This document shows positions 8,416 to 17,535 of a DNA stretch of 64,000 nt, in pieces. Position 1 is the stretch's first letter. Each line of letters begins with the position of its first letter. Under the pieces are notes generated by a model. The model worked only from the letters and a program-made list of their open reading frames with translations. It searched no databases and was not told the DNA's origin. The stretch comes from an uncultured Gammaproteobacteria bacterium (GTDB lineage: Bacteria > Patescibacteriota > Microgenomatia > Daviesbacterales > UBA10151): contig CAZVEX010000002.1 of the NCBI GenBank assembly GCA_964625535.1, forward strand, positions 21,559-85,558. The letters are read 5' to 3'. The position numbers were made by a program, and so were the translations under genes.

Positions 8416-9662
8416 CGCAGTTTCACATCTACTCTTTCCATATCTCTTGGGAAAAGACTAGCTTGCCGAATATTGGCAAGGTCTAAAAATTGCATAGTTA
8501 ATCTTTCCAAACCAAAGGAAAACCCTCCATGAGGCGGCATTCCAAACTGAAATGCCTGAAGATACATTTGGAAATCTTTGGGATCCATACCCCGTTCTTG
8601 AATGACCATAACTAACTTATCATATTCATCAATTCTTTGACTGCCGCTTAAAACTTCCATCCCCTTGTACAAAAGATCGTAACTTAAAGAGTATTCCGGA
8701 TCGGCCGGATCGGGCATGGTATAAAAAGCTCTCTTTTTGGTGTAAAAATGAGTCACTGTTAAAAGTTCTGACCCGTGTTCTTCTTTAACCCATTTTCCCA
8801 GCACTTTTTCATCTTCGGGAGTTAGATCCAGTTCTTTGCTTTGATCCCGTTTGGTTCTTTTTAAGATAATTTCCTGGGCCTGCTTAAAAGTTATCCTTGG
8901 TACTTGACCTTGAAGGTTCAGCATCTTTTTGGCAATTGCCTCAAACGCATCCATTAGTTCTGTAAATTCCACCAAACCCATTTCCACATCAAGCTGAACG
9001 GATTCGGCCAAATGCCTGGTGGTCACGGACGGCTCGGCTCTGTAGGCATGAGAGAGCAATGATACTCTCTCAAAAACCGGCACCAATATTTGTTTATAAA
9101 GCTGGGGGCTTTGGATTAAAAAGGCCTGGTGATCAAAATACTTAAACTTAAATACTTCTGCTCCTCCTTCTGTAGAGGAATAAGAAATTGTGGGGACAAA
9201 AATTTCCGTGCAGCCCAACTCTTGAGTGGCTTTTCTAAAACTTTCCACCAAATTTGCCTGTGTCTCGAAAATTTTTTTTATTTTGGGGTGGCGCAAAGTG
9301 AGAGAGCGCCAGTCTAACAATGTTGGCAGCTCTAAATGAAGTTCCGGTCCTCCCATATCAAATGGTAGTTCTTTAGCTTTTGATAAAATTTCTATTTTTT
9401 CTGCACTAATTTCTATTTCCCCTGTGGGGATATTTTTATTAACTAAATTCTCCGGTCTTTTCTTAACAGTTCCTGTTATGCATACCACATCTTGAGGGCG
9501 TAAATCAGCAGATTGCGTTACCGCTTGTATTAATCCAGATCTATCCAATACATCCAAAAATAAAATTTTCCCATGATCACGCCGCGCCTGAACCCAACCG
9601 CAGATGTTAACTTTTTCCCCGATTTTATTATTACAATCTAAAATTAAGCTACGACCTGCCAT
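8412..9662 (-). CDS. aspS: Aspartyl-tRNA synthetase, short non-discriminating type
   Basis: OB fold RDHG, QSPQLYKQ, SGSQRI, GMPPHGG, FPRD. Confidence 0.9.
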   Translation of the reverse strand: MAGRSLILDCNNKIGEKVNICGWVQARRDHGKILFLDVLDRSGLIQAVTQSADLRPQDVVCITGTVKKRPENLVNKNIPTGEIEISAEKIEILSKAKELPFDMGGPELHLELPTLLDWRSLTLRHPKIKKIFETQANLVESFRKATQELGCTEIFVPTISYSSTEGGAEVFKFKYFDHQAFLIQSPQLYKQILVPVFERVSLLSHAYRAEPSVTTRHLAESVQLDVEMGLVEFTELMDAFEAIAKKMLNLQGQVPRITFKQAQEIILKRTKRDQSKELDLTPEDEKVLGKWVKEEHGSELLTVTHFYTKKRAFYTMPDPADPEYSLSYDLLYKGMEVLSGSQRIDEYDKLVMVIQERGMDPKDFQMYLQAFQFGMPPHGGFSFGLERLTMQFLDLANIRQASLFPRDMERVDVKLR

Positions 9663-9691
9663 GAATGCATCATAACAACTTACACTTATAC

Positions 9692-9720
9692 TTGACAAGA
9701 TCAAACTTATTTGATAAATT
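9692..9720 (+). promoter_or_regulatory. Sigma70 promoter for the Phe leader
   Basis: TTGACA-17 nt-TAAATT with extended TG. Confidence 0.65.
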
Positions 9721-9727
9721 ATTTTCT

Positions 9728-9775
9728 ATGCAAAAACCAAATAGAACATTTTTGTTCTTTTTTACCTTCGCTTAA
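9728..9775 (+). CDS. Phe-rich attenuator leader peptide MQKPNRTFLFFFTFA
   Basis: 5 Phe in 7 codons; resembles E. coli PheL in length and pattern; overlaps attenuator segment 1. Confidence 0.8.
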   Translation: MQKPNRTFLFFFTFA

Positions 9776-9844
9776 AGCGGAGGTTGGTTTTTGTGACCTC
9801 CGTTTTTTATGATGCACCGACTGGTGCGTCAGCGGAGGTTTTTT
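9764..9844 (+). promoter_or_regulatory. Transcription attenuator (1:2, 2:3, 3:4 terminator)
   Basis: ACCTTCGC 9764, GCGGAGGT 9777, ACCTCCGT 9796, GCGGAGGT+TTTTT 9832. Confidence 0.78.
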
Positions 9845-9868
9845 AGTGGAGAAAAGGAGGTGATTTAT

Positions 9869-10195
9869 ATGACAGCTGAAACTGTGGTAGCAGTTCGTTC
9901 TGTTACAGAAGCACTTGTGGCTGCAAGACAAGCACAAAAAGCAGGTCGGGTGATACCGATTGCACCATGTGTTCAGATCGATTCAGCAGGGAATACAGTT
10001 ACCTGCCCTAAACTGGATCAAACACTTAGGACTTTATGCAAAGAGCCTGATGGTGTATTACCAATACCTGGAGGCATAGAATGTCCTAGGCAATACGGCC
10101 AGTTAGTCTTAACTGTTCAGGAGTCTACAATTCGGGCTTTGAAACCTCCAGTGCGATTACCCTCGCGTCGGGAAAGCCCTTATTTCGTGAGATAA
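9869..10195 (+). CDS. Hypothetical protein (108 aa, 4 Cys)
   Basis: Strong AAGGAGGTG SD before ATG 9869. Confidence 0.7.
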   Translation: MTAETVVAVRSVTEALVAARQAQKAGRVIPIAPCVQIDSAGNTVTCPKLDQTLRTLCKEPDGVLPIPGGIECPRQYGQLVLTVQESTIRALKPPVRLPSRRESPYFVR

Positions 10196-10313
10196 ACTGT
10201 TACGAGAGAAAGTCTGGGCTGAAAAAGTAATAAACACTCAATCAACCCAGACGATCTATCGCTGAATATCATAGGTCTTGACAGTAGCCCATAATAAGAT
10301 TAGACTCATCCCC

Positions 10314-11447
10314 ATGGCTTTAGAATCATGGAATTACGCAAATGAACCAACCGTTGTTGTCGGAGGACGTGGAGAATTCGGCACAAGAGTTATGGATGGT
10401 CTAAGAAGAGGACTTCATGTCGCAAACTTAACCATTTGTGAAATAGGAGATCCAATTCAGGACCTATTGGCAAGAAATAGAATTGCTTTTTTTGCAACAG
10501 ATGAAGATACAACCAGAGACATACTTCAATCTGCAAGAGATAAATTAACTTCCGGTTATGTAGTTCTGGAAGGAGCAAGTACTAAAGGTAAACTTATTTC
10601 TCTTTTGGAAAATCTCGATCGAGATGGTATAAGTGGAGCATCGGTACATCTAGGTATAAAGACTGATAGTTCTTGGGCAGGAGCCAAAGTCTGGTTATGC
10701 CGTGTGGGGCCAAATTCCGATAGAGCTTTATTGCTTGCTAATCATTTATTTGCATATTTTGATACTCGTTTAGTTCCAATTAATTTAAGAGATCATCAAA
10801 AAGTACAAAAAACTCAGGTACACACATTTGTTGGTCAATTAACTTCCGCTATTTCTTTAAGAAATCGAGGGATTGCTCTTGAAGATTTAGATACGTCTGC
10901 AACGGCAAATTCCCAATTAGGTATTCTTTCTACCGCACGAGGGGTTGGGCAATCTCCAAAAATTATAGCGGAGGTATTGGGTGGACAGCCAGAAGACGTA
11001 TCCGAAATAATAGACAGTGACATTAAAGCTTTGCAGGAACTTAGAAGCAAACTACCCGATAAAGAAAAACTAGAAAAGTATGTAGAGACCCTTCAAAGAT
11101 TTCATGGTAGATCAACTGGAAAACTGCAAGAAATGTTTGGCGATACTGAACTTTTAGTGGCAGAGATTTTAAGAATAGCTTTGTACAATCTTCAGTTTAG
11201 TGCCTCGGATGATACTCCCGGGACATTGCTGAAATTACTTACTCCATTTGCAGAAAGAAGAGTTAACCTTATGGCTATTGCTTCTGCTAGGATTCCACCA
11301 ACTAAAGAAGCTATTCAGCAAGGTGAAGATGCAAAAAGAGATACTGTCCTTTTTAGGACCGGCGTAGACCTAAATACAATTGACACGAAAAAAGAACAGG
11401 AAATTAAAGCTAGGCTTCGGGAAATGGGTTGTATTGTCACCGATTGA
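10314..11447 (+). CDS. Divergent prephenate/arogenate dehydrogenase-like protein with C-terminal ACT domain
   Basis: Rossmann VVGGRGEFG, ASTK, SVH; ACT-like DTPGTLLKLLTPFAERRVNLMAIAS; TTGACA-17-TAGACT upstream favours ATG 10314. Confidence 0.7.
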   Translation: MALESWNYANEPTVVVGGRGEFGTRVMDGLRRGLHVANLTICEIGDPIQDLLARNRIAFFATDEDTTRDILQSARDKLTSGYVVLEGASTKGKLISLLENLDRDGISGASVHLGIKTDSSWAGAKVWLCRVGPNSDRALLLANHLFAYFDTRLVPINLRDHQKVQKTQVHTFVGQLTSAISLRNRGIALEDLDTSATANSQLGILSTARGVGQSPKIIAEVLGGQPEDVSEIIDSDIKALQELRSKLPDKEKLEKYVETLQRFHGRSTGKLQEMFGDTELLVAEILRIALYNLQFSASDDTPGTLLKLLTPFAERRVNLMAIASARIPPTKEAIQQGEDAKRDTVLFRTGVDLNTIDTKKEQEIKARLREMGCIVTD

Positions 11448-11485
11448 CAAATAGGCATAGCAATGTTAGGCTATAATTAACAAAT

Positions 11486-11590
11486 ATGTCAAAAGCTTTG
11501 AGTTTGGATTTAAGAAGAATAGAAATTTTGCTTGGCCTCCTTATTTTGGTGGTCCTCGGGACCGCTATTTTGGGAGGTCTTTTTAGATAA
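11486..11590 (+). CDS. 34-aa Ile/Leu/Val-rich peptide (candidate leader peptide or small membrane protein)
   Basis: MSKALSLDLRRIEILLGLLILVVLGTAILGGLFR; TTGACA-17-TAGGCT at 11444-11472. Confidence 0.6.
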   Translation: MSKALSLDLRRIEILLGLLILVVLGTAILGGLFR

Positions 11591-11613
11591 TTAAAATCTA
11601 AAAGAAAGGTATT

Positions 11614-11639
11614 AAGACCTCCCATAGGGGAGGTTTTTT
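11614..11639 (+). terminator. Terminator hairpin containing the SD of the next gene
   Basis: AAGACCTCCC-ATAG-GGGAGGTTTTTT. Confidence 0.7.
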
Positions 11640-11640
11640 A

Positions 11641-12432
11641 ATGGGAAATATGGCAAGGGCTATTGAACATGAAATTAAAAACTGCTCCGAAAAAGGTAGT
11701 TTTCAATCTGATAATTCAGGTTCTAATAAACATACTGATGCTATACCATTCAGTGGAAAATGGCAGAAGTTAGAAGGTGTAGGAACTACCTTCGACTCTG
11801 TAGTCACGCGACTATTTGGAAGGTGCAGGGGTGAACGAGACTCGCTTGCGCTCAAATGGAACAGAAAACCTATTGGCTCTGCAGAAGAAGTTACAAGAAC
11901 GGCGATGTTTTTAAGGAGATCAGTTCACCTGTATAGAGCAACTTTGGGAGAAGAGTTTATTGTAGGAACACAAACTGTAGTTGGTGCGAAACGAGATGGA
12001 CACAAATTGAAATATAAAGTGTATATTGTCCAGCCATATGTAGATGGTTGGAACGGGAAAACATTACCTGAGACTTTACGCTCCAACGAGTATCTGGTTG
12101 AACAGTGGAGAGTTTTATATGCTCGTTTATTCCATCTTTATAATGTTGCTCGTGCAGTAAATTTGCGAGTTCCCCCCGATGGATCCTTCTTACCCTTCCC
12201 GATTACTTTAACAGTAGGTGCTTCAAGACAAAGAGCACTGGGAGGACAACAATGCGAAGAGTTGATCCCGAGAACTCCAAATCTCTTAATCGCTAGACGA
12301 GACATGCGAATTAGTCTTTGTGATTTTGGAGCATACACTACTTGGCAAGAAGGTATGAAACCAACATACAGACAGATTTTGGAAAGTACTCAACAGAATC
12401 ATTATCGAGATAATTTTATCTTAGTAGCTTAG
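11641..12432 (+). CDS. Hypothetical protein, possible protein-kinase-like fold
   Basis: ALK, YIVQPYVDG, PNLLI, LCDFG. Confidence 0.55.
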   Translation: MGNMARAIEHEIKNCSEKGSFQSDNSGSNKHTDAIPFSGKWQKLEGVGTTFDSVVTRLFGRCRGERDSLALKWNRKPIGSAEEVTRTAMFLRRSVHLYRATLGEEFIVGTQTVVGAKRDGHKLKYKVYIVQPYVDGWNGKTLPETLRSNEYLVEQWRVLYARLFHLYNVARAVNLRVPPDGSFLPFPITLTVGASRQRALGGQQCEELIPRTPNLLIARRDMRISLCDFGAYTTWQEGMKPTYRQILESTQQNHYRDNFILVA

Positions 12433-12466
12433 CATAACTTAGCTCAAGATATTGAAAGGAGAAATA

Positions 12467-12553
12467 ATGGAAAGGGTAGAAGCTAGACCAGAAACCTATG
12501 TTTACGGAGTTCATACTGATATACCAAATGATTACGGAAAAGGGGGTGAATAA
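12467..12553 (+). CDS. 28-aa ORF or gene remnant
   Basis: AAAGGAG SD then MERVEARPETYVYGVHTDIPNDYGKGGE. Confidence 0.3.
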   Translation: MERVEARPETYVYGVHTDIPNDYGKGGE

Positions 12554-12564
12554 ATAGCATAGTC

Positions 12565-14133
12565 TTATTTTACCGCAATATCCTTAATTTTTAGCTGTAA
12601 TTTTTCAGAGCCATTGTAGTGATCTATTTCCGGAGTGTGTGCCATGTCTACAGCTTGACCGCTGCTTAACATATTTGCCAGTTCCCCCATACCGAAGGCT
12701 ATAAAATCCAGATCTTTGACTTTACCTTTTAGGTGTTTCCCAGAACCCACTGTTCTTAAATCTGAAACTTGTATGCCATATGTTGCAAAAATAGGTCTGG
12801 GGTTGCCAAAACCAAATGGTTCAAATTTTTGTAAGTCGCTCACTAGTTTTTTATTTAAGCTTTTAACATCAATCTCGGCATCAATTTCCAAAACTCTTTC
12901 AGCTTCCGGTAAATCTATAATATGTCTTTCCAATCTTTTCTTAAAAATTTCGACATGTTTGCTTAAAATGGAAAATCCGGCTGCTCCGGGGTGACCCCCT
13001 ACATCAATTAAAATATCTGCATGTTTTCTGATGACTTCCACGATATTCACTCCATCAATAGACCGGGCAGAACCTTTGGAAACTTCTTCCCCGATGGAAA
13101 TGGCAATGGCCGGGCGAAAATATTTTTCAGAAACCTTCCCTGCCACCAGACCAATGATCCCGGCAGACCAATCTTTGCTTGCTAAACACAAGATCTTTTG
13201 TTTTTCATCAACTAACAATGTCGCCTGATTTATGGCGTCCGCTGTCATCTTCTGACGGGTAGTATTGGTCTCACTTAAAAGTTTTGCCAGTCTTTTGGCC
13301 TTAATGGGATCTTTTGTACAAAGTAAGCGCAGAGAATCTATGGCATGCTCAATTCTGCCGCTGGCATTTAATCTTGGTCCCAAAATGTGCCCTATTTCAT
13401 AAGATCCGATACTACCTAAAGTGATTGCCGACTCATCAATTAAAGATTTTAATCCCAGGTTAGTGGTAGAATTTAAAATTTTTAACCCTTCAAAAACAAA
13501 AGCCCTATTTAAATTAAGAAGCGGCATTAAATCACAAACAGTAGCCAATGCCACAAATTGCAAAAGATCCCGAACCAAATCTTTTTTAATCATGTCACGG
13601 ATCAAACACCAAGCAACTGCCGCCCCGCACATTTTAGTAGAGTGGACTATGGCAAAAGCATCGGGTTTGCGAGCATCCGGCACATGATGATCTGTAATAA
13701 TCAAATCCAAACCAATTTCGCTGGCAAATCTTGCCTGATCGAGCGCCACAATGCCGTTATCGACTGTGATTACCAGACTGGCACCGCTATCTCTGGCAAA
13801 CTCCAGTCCCAGTTTTGAAAGACCATAACCCTCTTTTTCCCGGTGAGGAATATAGGGCAAAACTTTTGCGCCTAAAGAGGTTAAGCCTTTGTATAAAATG
13901 GCGCATCCGCAAATCCCGTCAACATCATAATCTCCATAAACTACGATTAGCTCATTATTTTTAATGGCTTGCGAGATTCTTTGCTGTGCCTTCTCGATTC
14001 CGGGAATTTGTAAATCTTTTTCGCAGTTAGAAATTTTAGGATTAAAAAAACTGTTTTTATTTTCTATCTTACGATTTATTAAAAGTTGTTCGATTAGGTC
14101 GTTACTTTTTTTAGGCAATACTTTCCATTTCAT
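12565..14133 (-). CDS. recJ: ssDNA exonuclease RecJ
   Basis: DYDVDG, TDHH, GSARS, GGH..AAG. Confidence 0.95.
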   Translation of the reverse strand: MKWKVLPKKSNDLIEQLLINRKIENKNSFFNPKISNCEKDLQIPGIEKAQQRISQAIKNNELIVVYGDYDVDGICGCAILYKGLTSLGAKVLPYIPHREKEGYGLSKLGLEFARDSGASLVITVDNGIVALDQARFASEIGLDLIITDHHVPDARKPDAFAIVHSTKMCGAAVAWCLIRDMIKKDLVRDLLQFVALATVCDLMPLLNLNRAFVFEGLKILNSTTNLGLKSLIDESAITLGSIGSYEIGHILGPRLNASGRIEHAIDSLRLLCTKDPIKAKRLAKLLSETNTTRQKMTADAINQATLLVDEKQKILCLASKDWSAGIIGLVAGKVSEKYFRPAIAISIGEEVSKGSARSIDGVNIVEVIRKHADILIDVGGHPGAAGFSILSKHVEIFKKRLERHIIDLPEAERVLEIDAEIDVKSLNKKLVSDLQKFEPFGFGNPRPIFATYGIQVSDLRTVGSGKHLKGKVKDLDFIAFGMGELANMLSSGQAVDMAHTPEIDHYNGSEKLQLKIKDIAVK

Positions 14134-14157
14134 ATGACTTGGGGGTACAATTACATC

Positions 14158-15483
14158 ATGAATTATACACTACCTAAGGAGGTAAAAAACATTTTAAATA
14201 AATTTACTAAAGCCGGTTTCCAAGTCTACATTGTGGGCGGGGCTGTTAGAGATTTGTTAATGAAGAAAAAAGTATCTGATTGGGACTTTACTACAGATGC
14301 CAAACCGGAAGAAATCTTAAAACTTTTTCCGGAGGGTTTTTATGATAATAAATTTGGGACAGTAGGGCTACCGGTAGATGGTGAGGTGTACGAGATTACA
14401 ACCATGCGCAAGGAGGGCAAATATGCTGATTTTCGCCATCCCAGTAATGTAGTCTGGACCAATAAAATTGAAGAGGATTTGGCAAGAAGGGATTTTACAG
14501 TCAATGCCATGGCATTGGGCGATAAGCTGGTTGATCCATTCAATGGTCAGGATGATATCAGAAACAAAATAATTCGCGCGGTTGGAGATCCCAACCAAAG
14601 ATTCAATGAAGATGCTCTTCGTCTAATCCGAGCTATCAGAATTGTCACAGAACTGGAATTTGATGTAGAAAATGATACATTTGAAGCTTTAAAGAAAAAC
14701 GCTCGTCTTATTAAGCAAGTTTCATGGGAAAGAATCCGCGATGAACTCCTCAAACTGCTTGCATCTATGTATGGATACATAGGTACATTGAAATTGAGGG
14801 AGGCGGGGATACTGCAAATTATTTTACCGGAACTTGAAAAATGCTTTGGGATAGTCCAAGAAGGACCAAAACATGACCGGATTTATGACATCGGGGAACA
14901 CTCCTTTTTAACCCTTAAGTTGTGTCCGTCAAAGGACCCATTAGTCCGCTTGGCTGCTCTCCTTCATGATATCGGTAAGGTAGAAACTGTGGCCACCCAA
15001 CAAGACGGCAATGTTACTTTTTATAACCATGACGTTGTCGGAGGTACTATTGTCCTAAAAATTGCCAGAAGATTTAATTTGTCTAAAAAACAAACTGATA
15101 AATTATTCAGGCTGGTTAGATGGCACCTTTTTACTGTTGATGAAAATCAGACCGATTCTGCCATCAGGCGATTTATAAAAAATGTGGGGGTGGAAAATGT
15201 TGATGACATGATGGATGTTCGTATTGGAGACAGATTGGGCGGAGGTACTCAAAGAGCCGTTTCCTGGAGAATGGAAAAATTCAAAGAAAGAATTAAAGAA
15301 GTCCTCAAAAAACCATTTTCCATTTCTGATCTCAAAATTAATGGCAATGATGTGATGAAAGTTTTGAAATTAAAACCAGGACCAAAGGTGGGAGAAGTTC
15401 TACAAAAATTATTTGAAGAAGTCCTGGAAGATTCTTCGAAGAATAATAAAAAATATCTTCTAGAAAGAATCAAACAGGTCTAG
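14158..15483 (+). CDS. cca: CCA-adding tRNA nucleotidyltransferase with HD domain
   Basis: VGGAVRD, DWD, RRDFTVNA, EDALR, LLHDIGK. Confidence 0.9.
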   Translation: MNYTLPKEVKNILNKFTKAGFQVYIVGGAVRDLLMKKKVSDWDFTTDAKPEEILKLFPEGFYDNKFGTVGLPVDGEVYEITTMRKEGKYADFRHPSNVVWTNKIEEDLARRDFTVNAMALGDKLVDPFNGQDDIRNKIIRAVGDPNQRFNEDALRLIRAIRIVTELEFDVENDTFEALKKNARLIKQVSWERIRDELLKLLASMYGYIGTLKLREAGILQIILPELEKCFGIVQEGPKHDRIYDIGEHSFLTLKLCPSKDPLVRLAALLHDIGKVETVATQQDGNVTFYNHDVVGGTIVLKIARRFNLSKKQTDKLFRLVRWHLFTVDENQTDSAIRRFIKNVGVENVDDMMDVRIGDRLGGGTQRAVSWRMEKFKERIKEVLKKPFSISDLKINGNDVMKVLKLKPGPKVGEVLQKLFEEVLEDSSKNNKKYLLERIKQV

Positions 15484-16340
15484 TGCCTTAATCTTTCTTC
15501 CCACCAGACCAGTAATGCTGTTGCATTAAATATTGAGGAATAAGTTCCAGAAATTATACCTATCAGAAGGGCCACCACAAACCACTTAATTGTTTCCCCG
15601 CCAAAAAGAAGAAGGGCAATTAAAACAAAAATAACAGTCAAAGAGGTATTTAAAGATCTGCCCAATGTTTGTACCAGAGCCAAATTGACAACTTCCGTAA
15701 ATTTTCTGCCAATATTTTTCAGTAAATTTTCTCTGATCCTGTCAAACACCACAATGGTATCATGAACCGAAAAACCAATGATAGTTAAAAGCGCTGTGAC
15801 AAATAAACTATCTACTTCCACCTGTAAAAATTTTCCCAGGATGGCAAAAACCCCCACCACCAGCAACACATCATGTAAAAGCGCTACAATAGCACAAATG
15901 CCAAATCTCCAGGGCGATGCCGGTCTTGGCACCTTTCTAAAAGAAAAGGCAATGTACAAAACAATGGCCAAACTGGCAGTGATGAGCGCATAAAAAGCTT
16001 TTTGCGAAAGCTCCCTGCCAATTGCAGGACCTACAAATTCCTGTCTTCTCTGCTCCACCTCGCCAAATCTTGCCTCAAGCTCTTTTGTAATATTATCCGT
16101 TTCTTCTTTTGTTTTAGATTGGTTTCTTATAATGTAAGTGTTATCGGAAATAGGTGAAATTTGCCCGTATTGCTTTAACTCATCCGGAGCAATATCTTTT
16201 TCAAAACGATATTCCAGCAAAGATCCTCCTGTAAAATCAATGCCAAGTTTTAAGCCGGAAGTTACCAAAAAATACAACCCGGGAATAATCAGGACCAGAG
16301 AAAAAACAAAATATAAAAATTTATGTTTCATCAAATCCAT
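15480..16340 (-). CDS. secF: Protein translocase subunit SecF
   Basis: GIDFTGG, FSVHDTIVVFDRIRE; start placed at MDL just after the upstream stop. Confidence 0.95.
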   Translation of the reverse strand: MDLMKHKFLYFVFSLVLIIPGLYFLVTSGLKLGIDFTGGSLLEYRFEKDIAPDELKQYGQISPISDNTYIIRNQSKTKEETDNITKELEARFGEVEQRRQEFVGPAIGRELSQKAFYALITASLAIVLYIAFSFRKVPRPASPWRFGICAIVALLHDVLLVVGVFAILGKFLQVEVDSLFVTALLTIIGFSVHDTIVVFDRIRENLLKNIGRKFTEVVNLALVQTLGRSLNTSLTVIFVLIALLLFGGETIKWFVVALLIGIISGTYSSIFNATALLVWWEERLRH

Positions 16341-16341
16341 A

Positions 16342-16665
16342 TTATTTTTGACTTTCTTTAATATCTTCATGCATTTCCTTGATCAAATCATCGGCTACCT
16401 TTTTAATTTTTTCTTCTAACCCTTCAACTTTATCCTTTAAAAATTCCATTAATTTTTCATTCTCCGGATCCTCGTGAAGAAGTTTTAAAAATAATCTTTT
16501 ATCATGTTCTTCCAAGCAAGATAAAATCTCATCTAAAATAGCATGGTGCAAACTGGAATCAACCAGGGAGGCAAGGTGCAGACGCTCATCCTCGGATAAA
16601 TCCATATTGTGGAGCTCTGCAATTAACGATTCTATAACAATGTACTGGCTGTAAAAGTATTTCAT
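16342..16665 (-). CDS. Hypothetical helical protein
   Basis: 107-aa ORF coupled within the secD-secF operon. Confidence 0.75.
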   Translation of the reverse strand: MKYFYSQYIVIESLIAELHNMDLSEDERLHLASLVDSSLHHAILDEILSCLEEHDKRLFLKLLHEDPENEKLMEFLKDKVEGLEEKIKKVADDLIKEMHEDIKESQK

Positions 16666-17534
16666 GCTTGATTTTTAATCTTAACAGGTCCAAGAGGAAT
16701 TTTGTCCTCCGGATCGTCAATGAAAAAATAGAGTACCGGTCCTTTCCTTGGACCTGTGGCCAAACCTAAAACATCCATCACCTCGGGCGATCCGCCTAAA
16801 TGTTTGCCTGTCCACTCGGCCGGTCCCGCATCGCCAATCACTGCCACCACTGACTGTCCACTCGAAGGATTTACCACCAGCATTTTTCTAAACTTAAAAA
16901 AATCCCTGTATTTTGCCACATTTTCCGCGAAACCGGGTGACAAAAAAGTTTGAATTGCCAAATAATATTTCTCCCTCATTTTATCAACTTCGGTAAATTC
17001 CTGCTTTGAGAGAGCAAAATATCCCCAAGCCCCCAGACCCGGCGCGATACCGGCCGAACCATATTTGGCCCAATCAACCGCGCTGTCAGCGTGTTGCAAC
17101 AGGGAATCGCCCGGGTAACGGTAAAGATGCTGCTCTCCTCCAATTAAACCATAGTTTCTATTTATTCTTGTCCCTTCAATCTCCGCAGTTACCCCAAACC
17201 CGAAATCTTTGGCAAGTCTTTGTAAGATTTTTGCTTCTTCCTCCGGGTTTAAAGGTCTTATTTCTTCCGGCAAATCTTCTTGCAATTTTTTTGCCAAAGC
17301 TGCATTTTCATCAAAACCGGCTAAAATATCGTCTTTAGCATGAATCGGTGGAGTAATAGGCAAGGTTATCGGATTAGGAGACGTCAAAAGCAAAAGTCCT
17401 CCCAATCCTCCTGCTGTCAACCAGTTCAGCGACTCTTTATGTTTATCCCACAACTTATTTTGCAGGCTTCTGTGGCGCGCTGTCCACTTTTTATGCAAAT
17501 GTTCGAAGTGCGGTCTTTTTGACTTAAATTTCAT
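16662..17534 (-). CDS. Hypothetical membrane-anchored protein, possible RlpA/DPBB-like C-terminus
   Basis: N-terminal hydrophobic segment; VVAVIGDAGP. Confidence 0.65.
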   Translation of the reverse strand: MKFKSKRPHFEHLHKKWTARHRSLQNKLWDKHKESLNWLTAGGLGGLLLLTSPNPITLPITPPIHAKDDILAGFDENAALAKKLQEDLPEEIRPLNPEEEAKILQRLAKDFGFGVTAEIEGTRINRNYGLIGGEQHLYRYPGDSLLQHADSAVDWAKYGSAGIAPGLGAWGYFALSKQEFTEVDKMREKYYLAIQTFLSPGFAENVAKYRDFFKFRKMLVVNPSSGQSVVAVIGDAGPAEWTGKHLGGSPEVMDVLGLATGPRKGPVLYFFIDDPEDKIPLGPVKIKNQA

Positions 17535-17535
17535 A

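Noticed and set aside
9719-9937. 72-aa minus-strand Cys/His-rich ORF, and the 9809 start for the + ORF
   Set aside because: Antisense to the attenuator; the SD supports ATG 9869
11437-11625. 62-aa minus-strand ORF
   Set aside because: Promoter, peptide and terminator signals are all on the + strand
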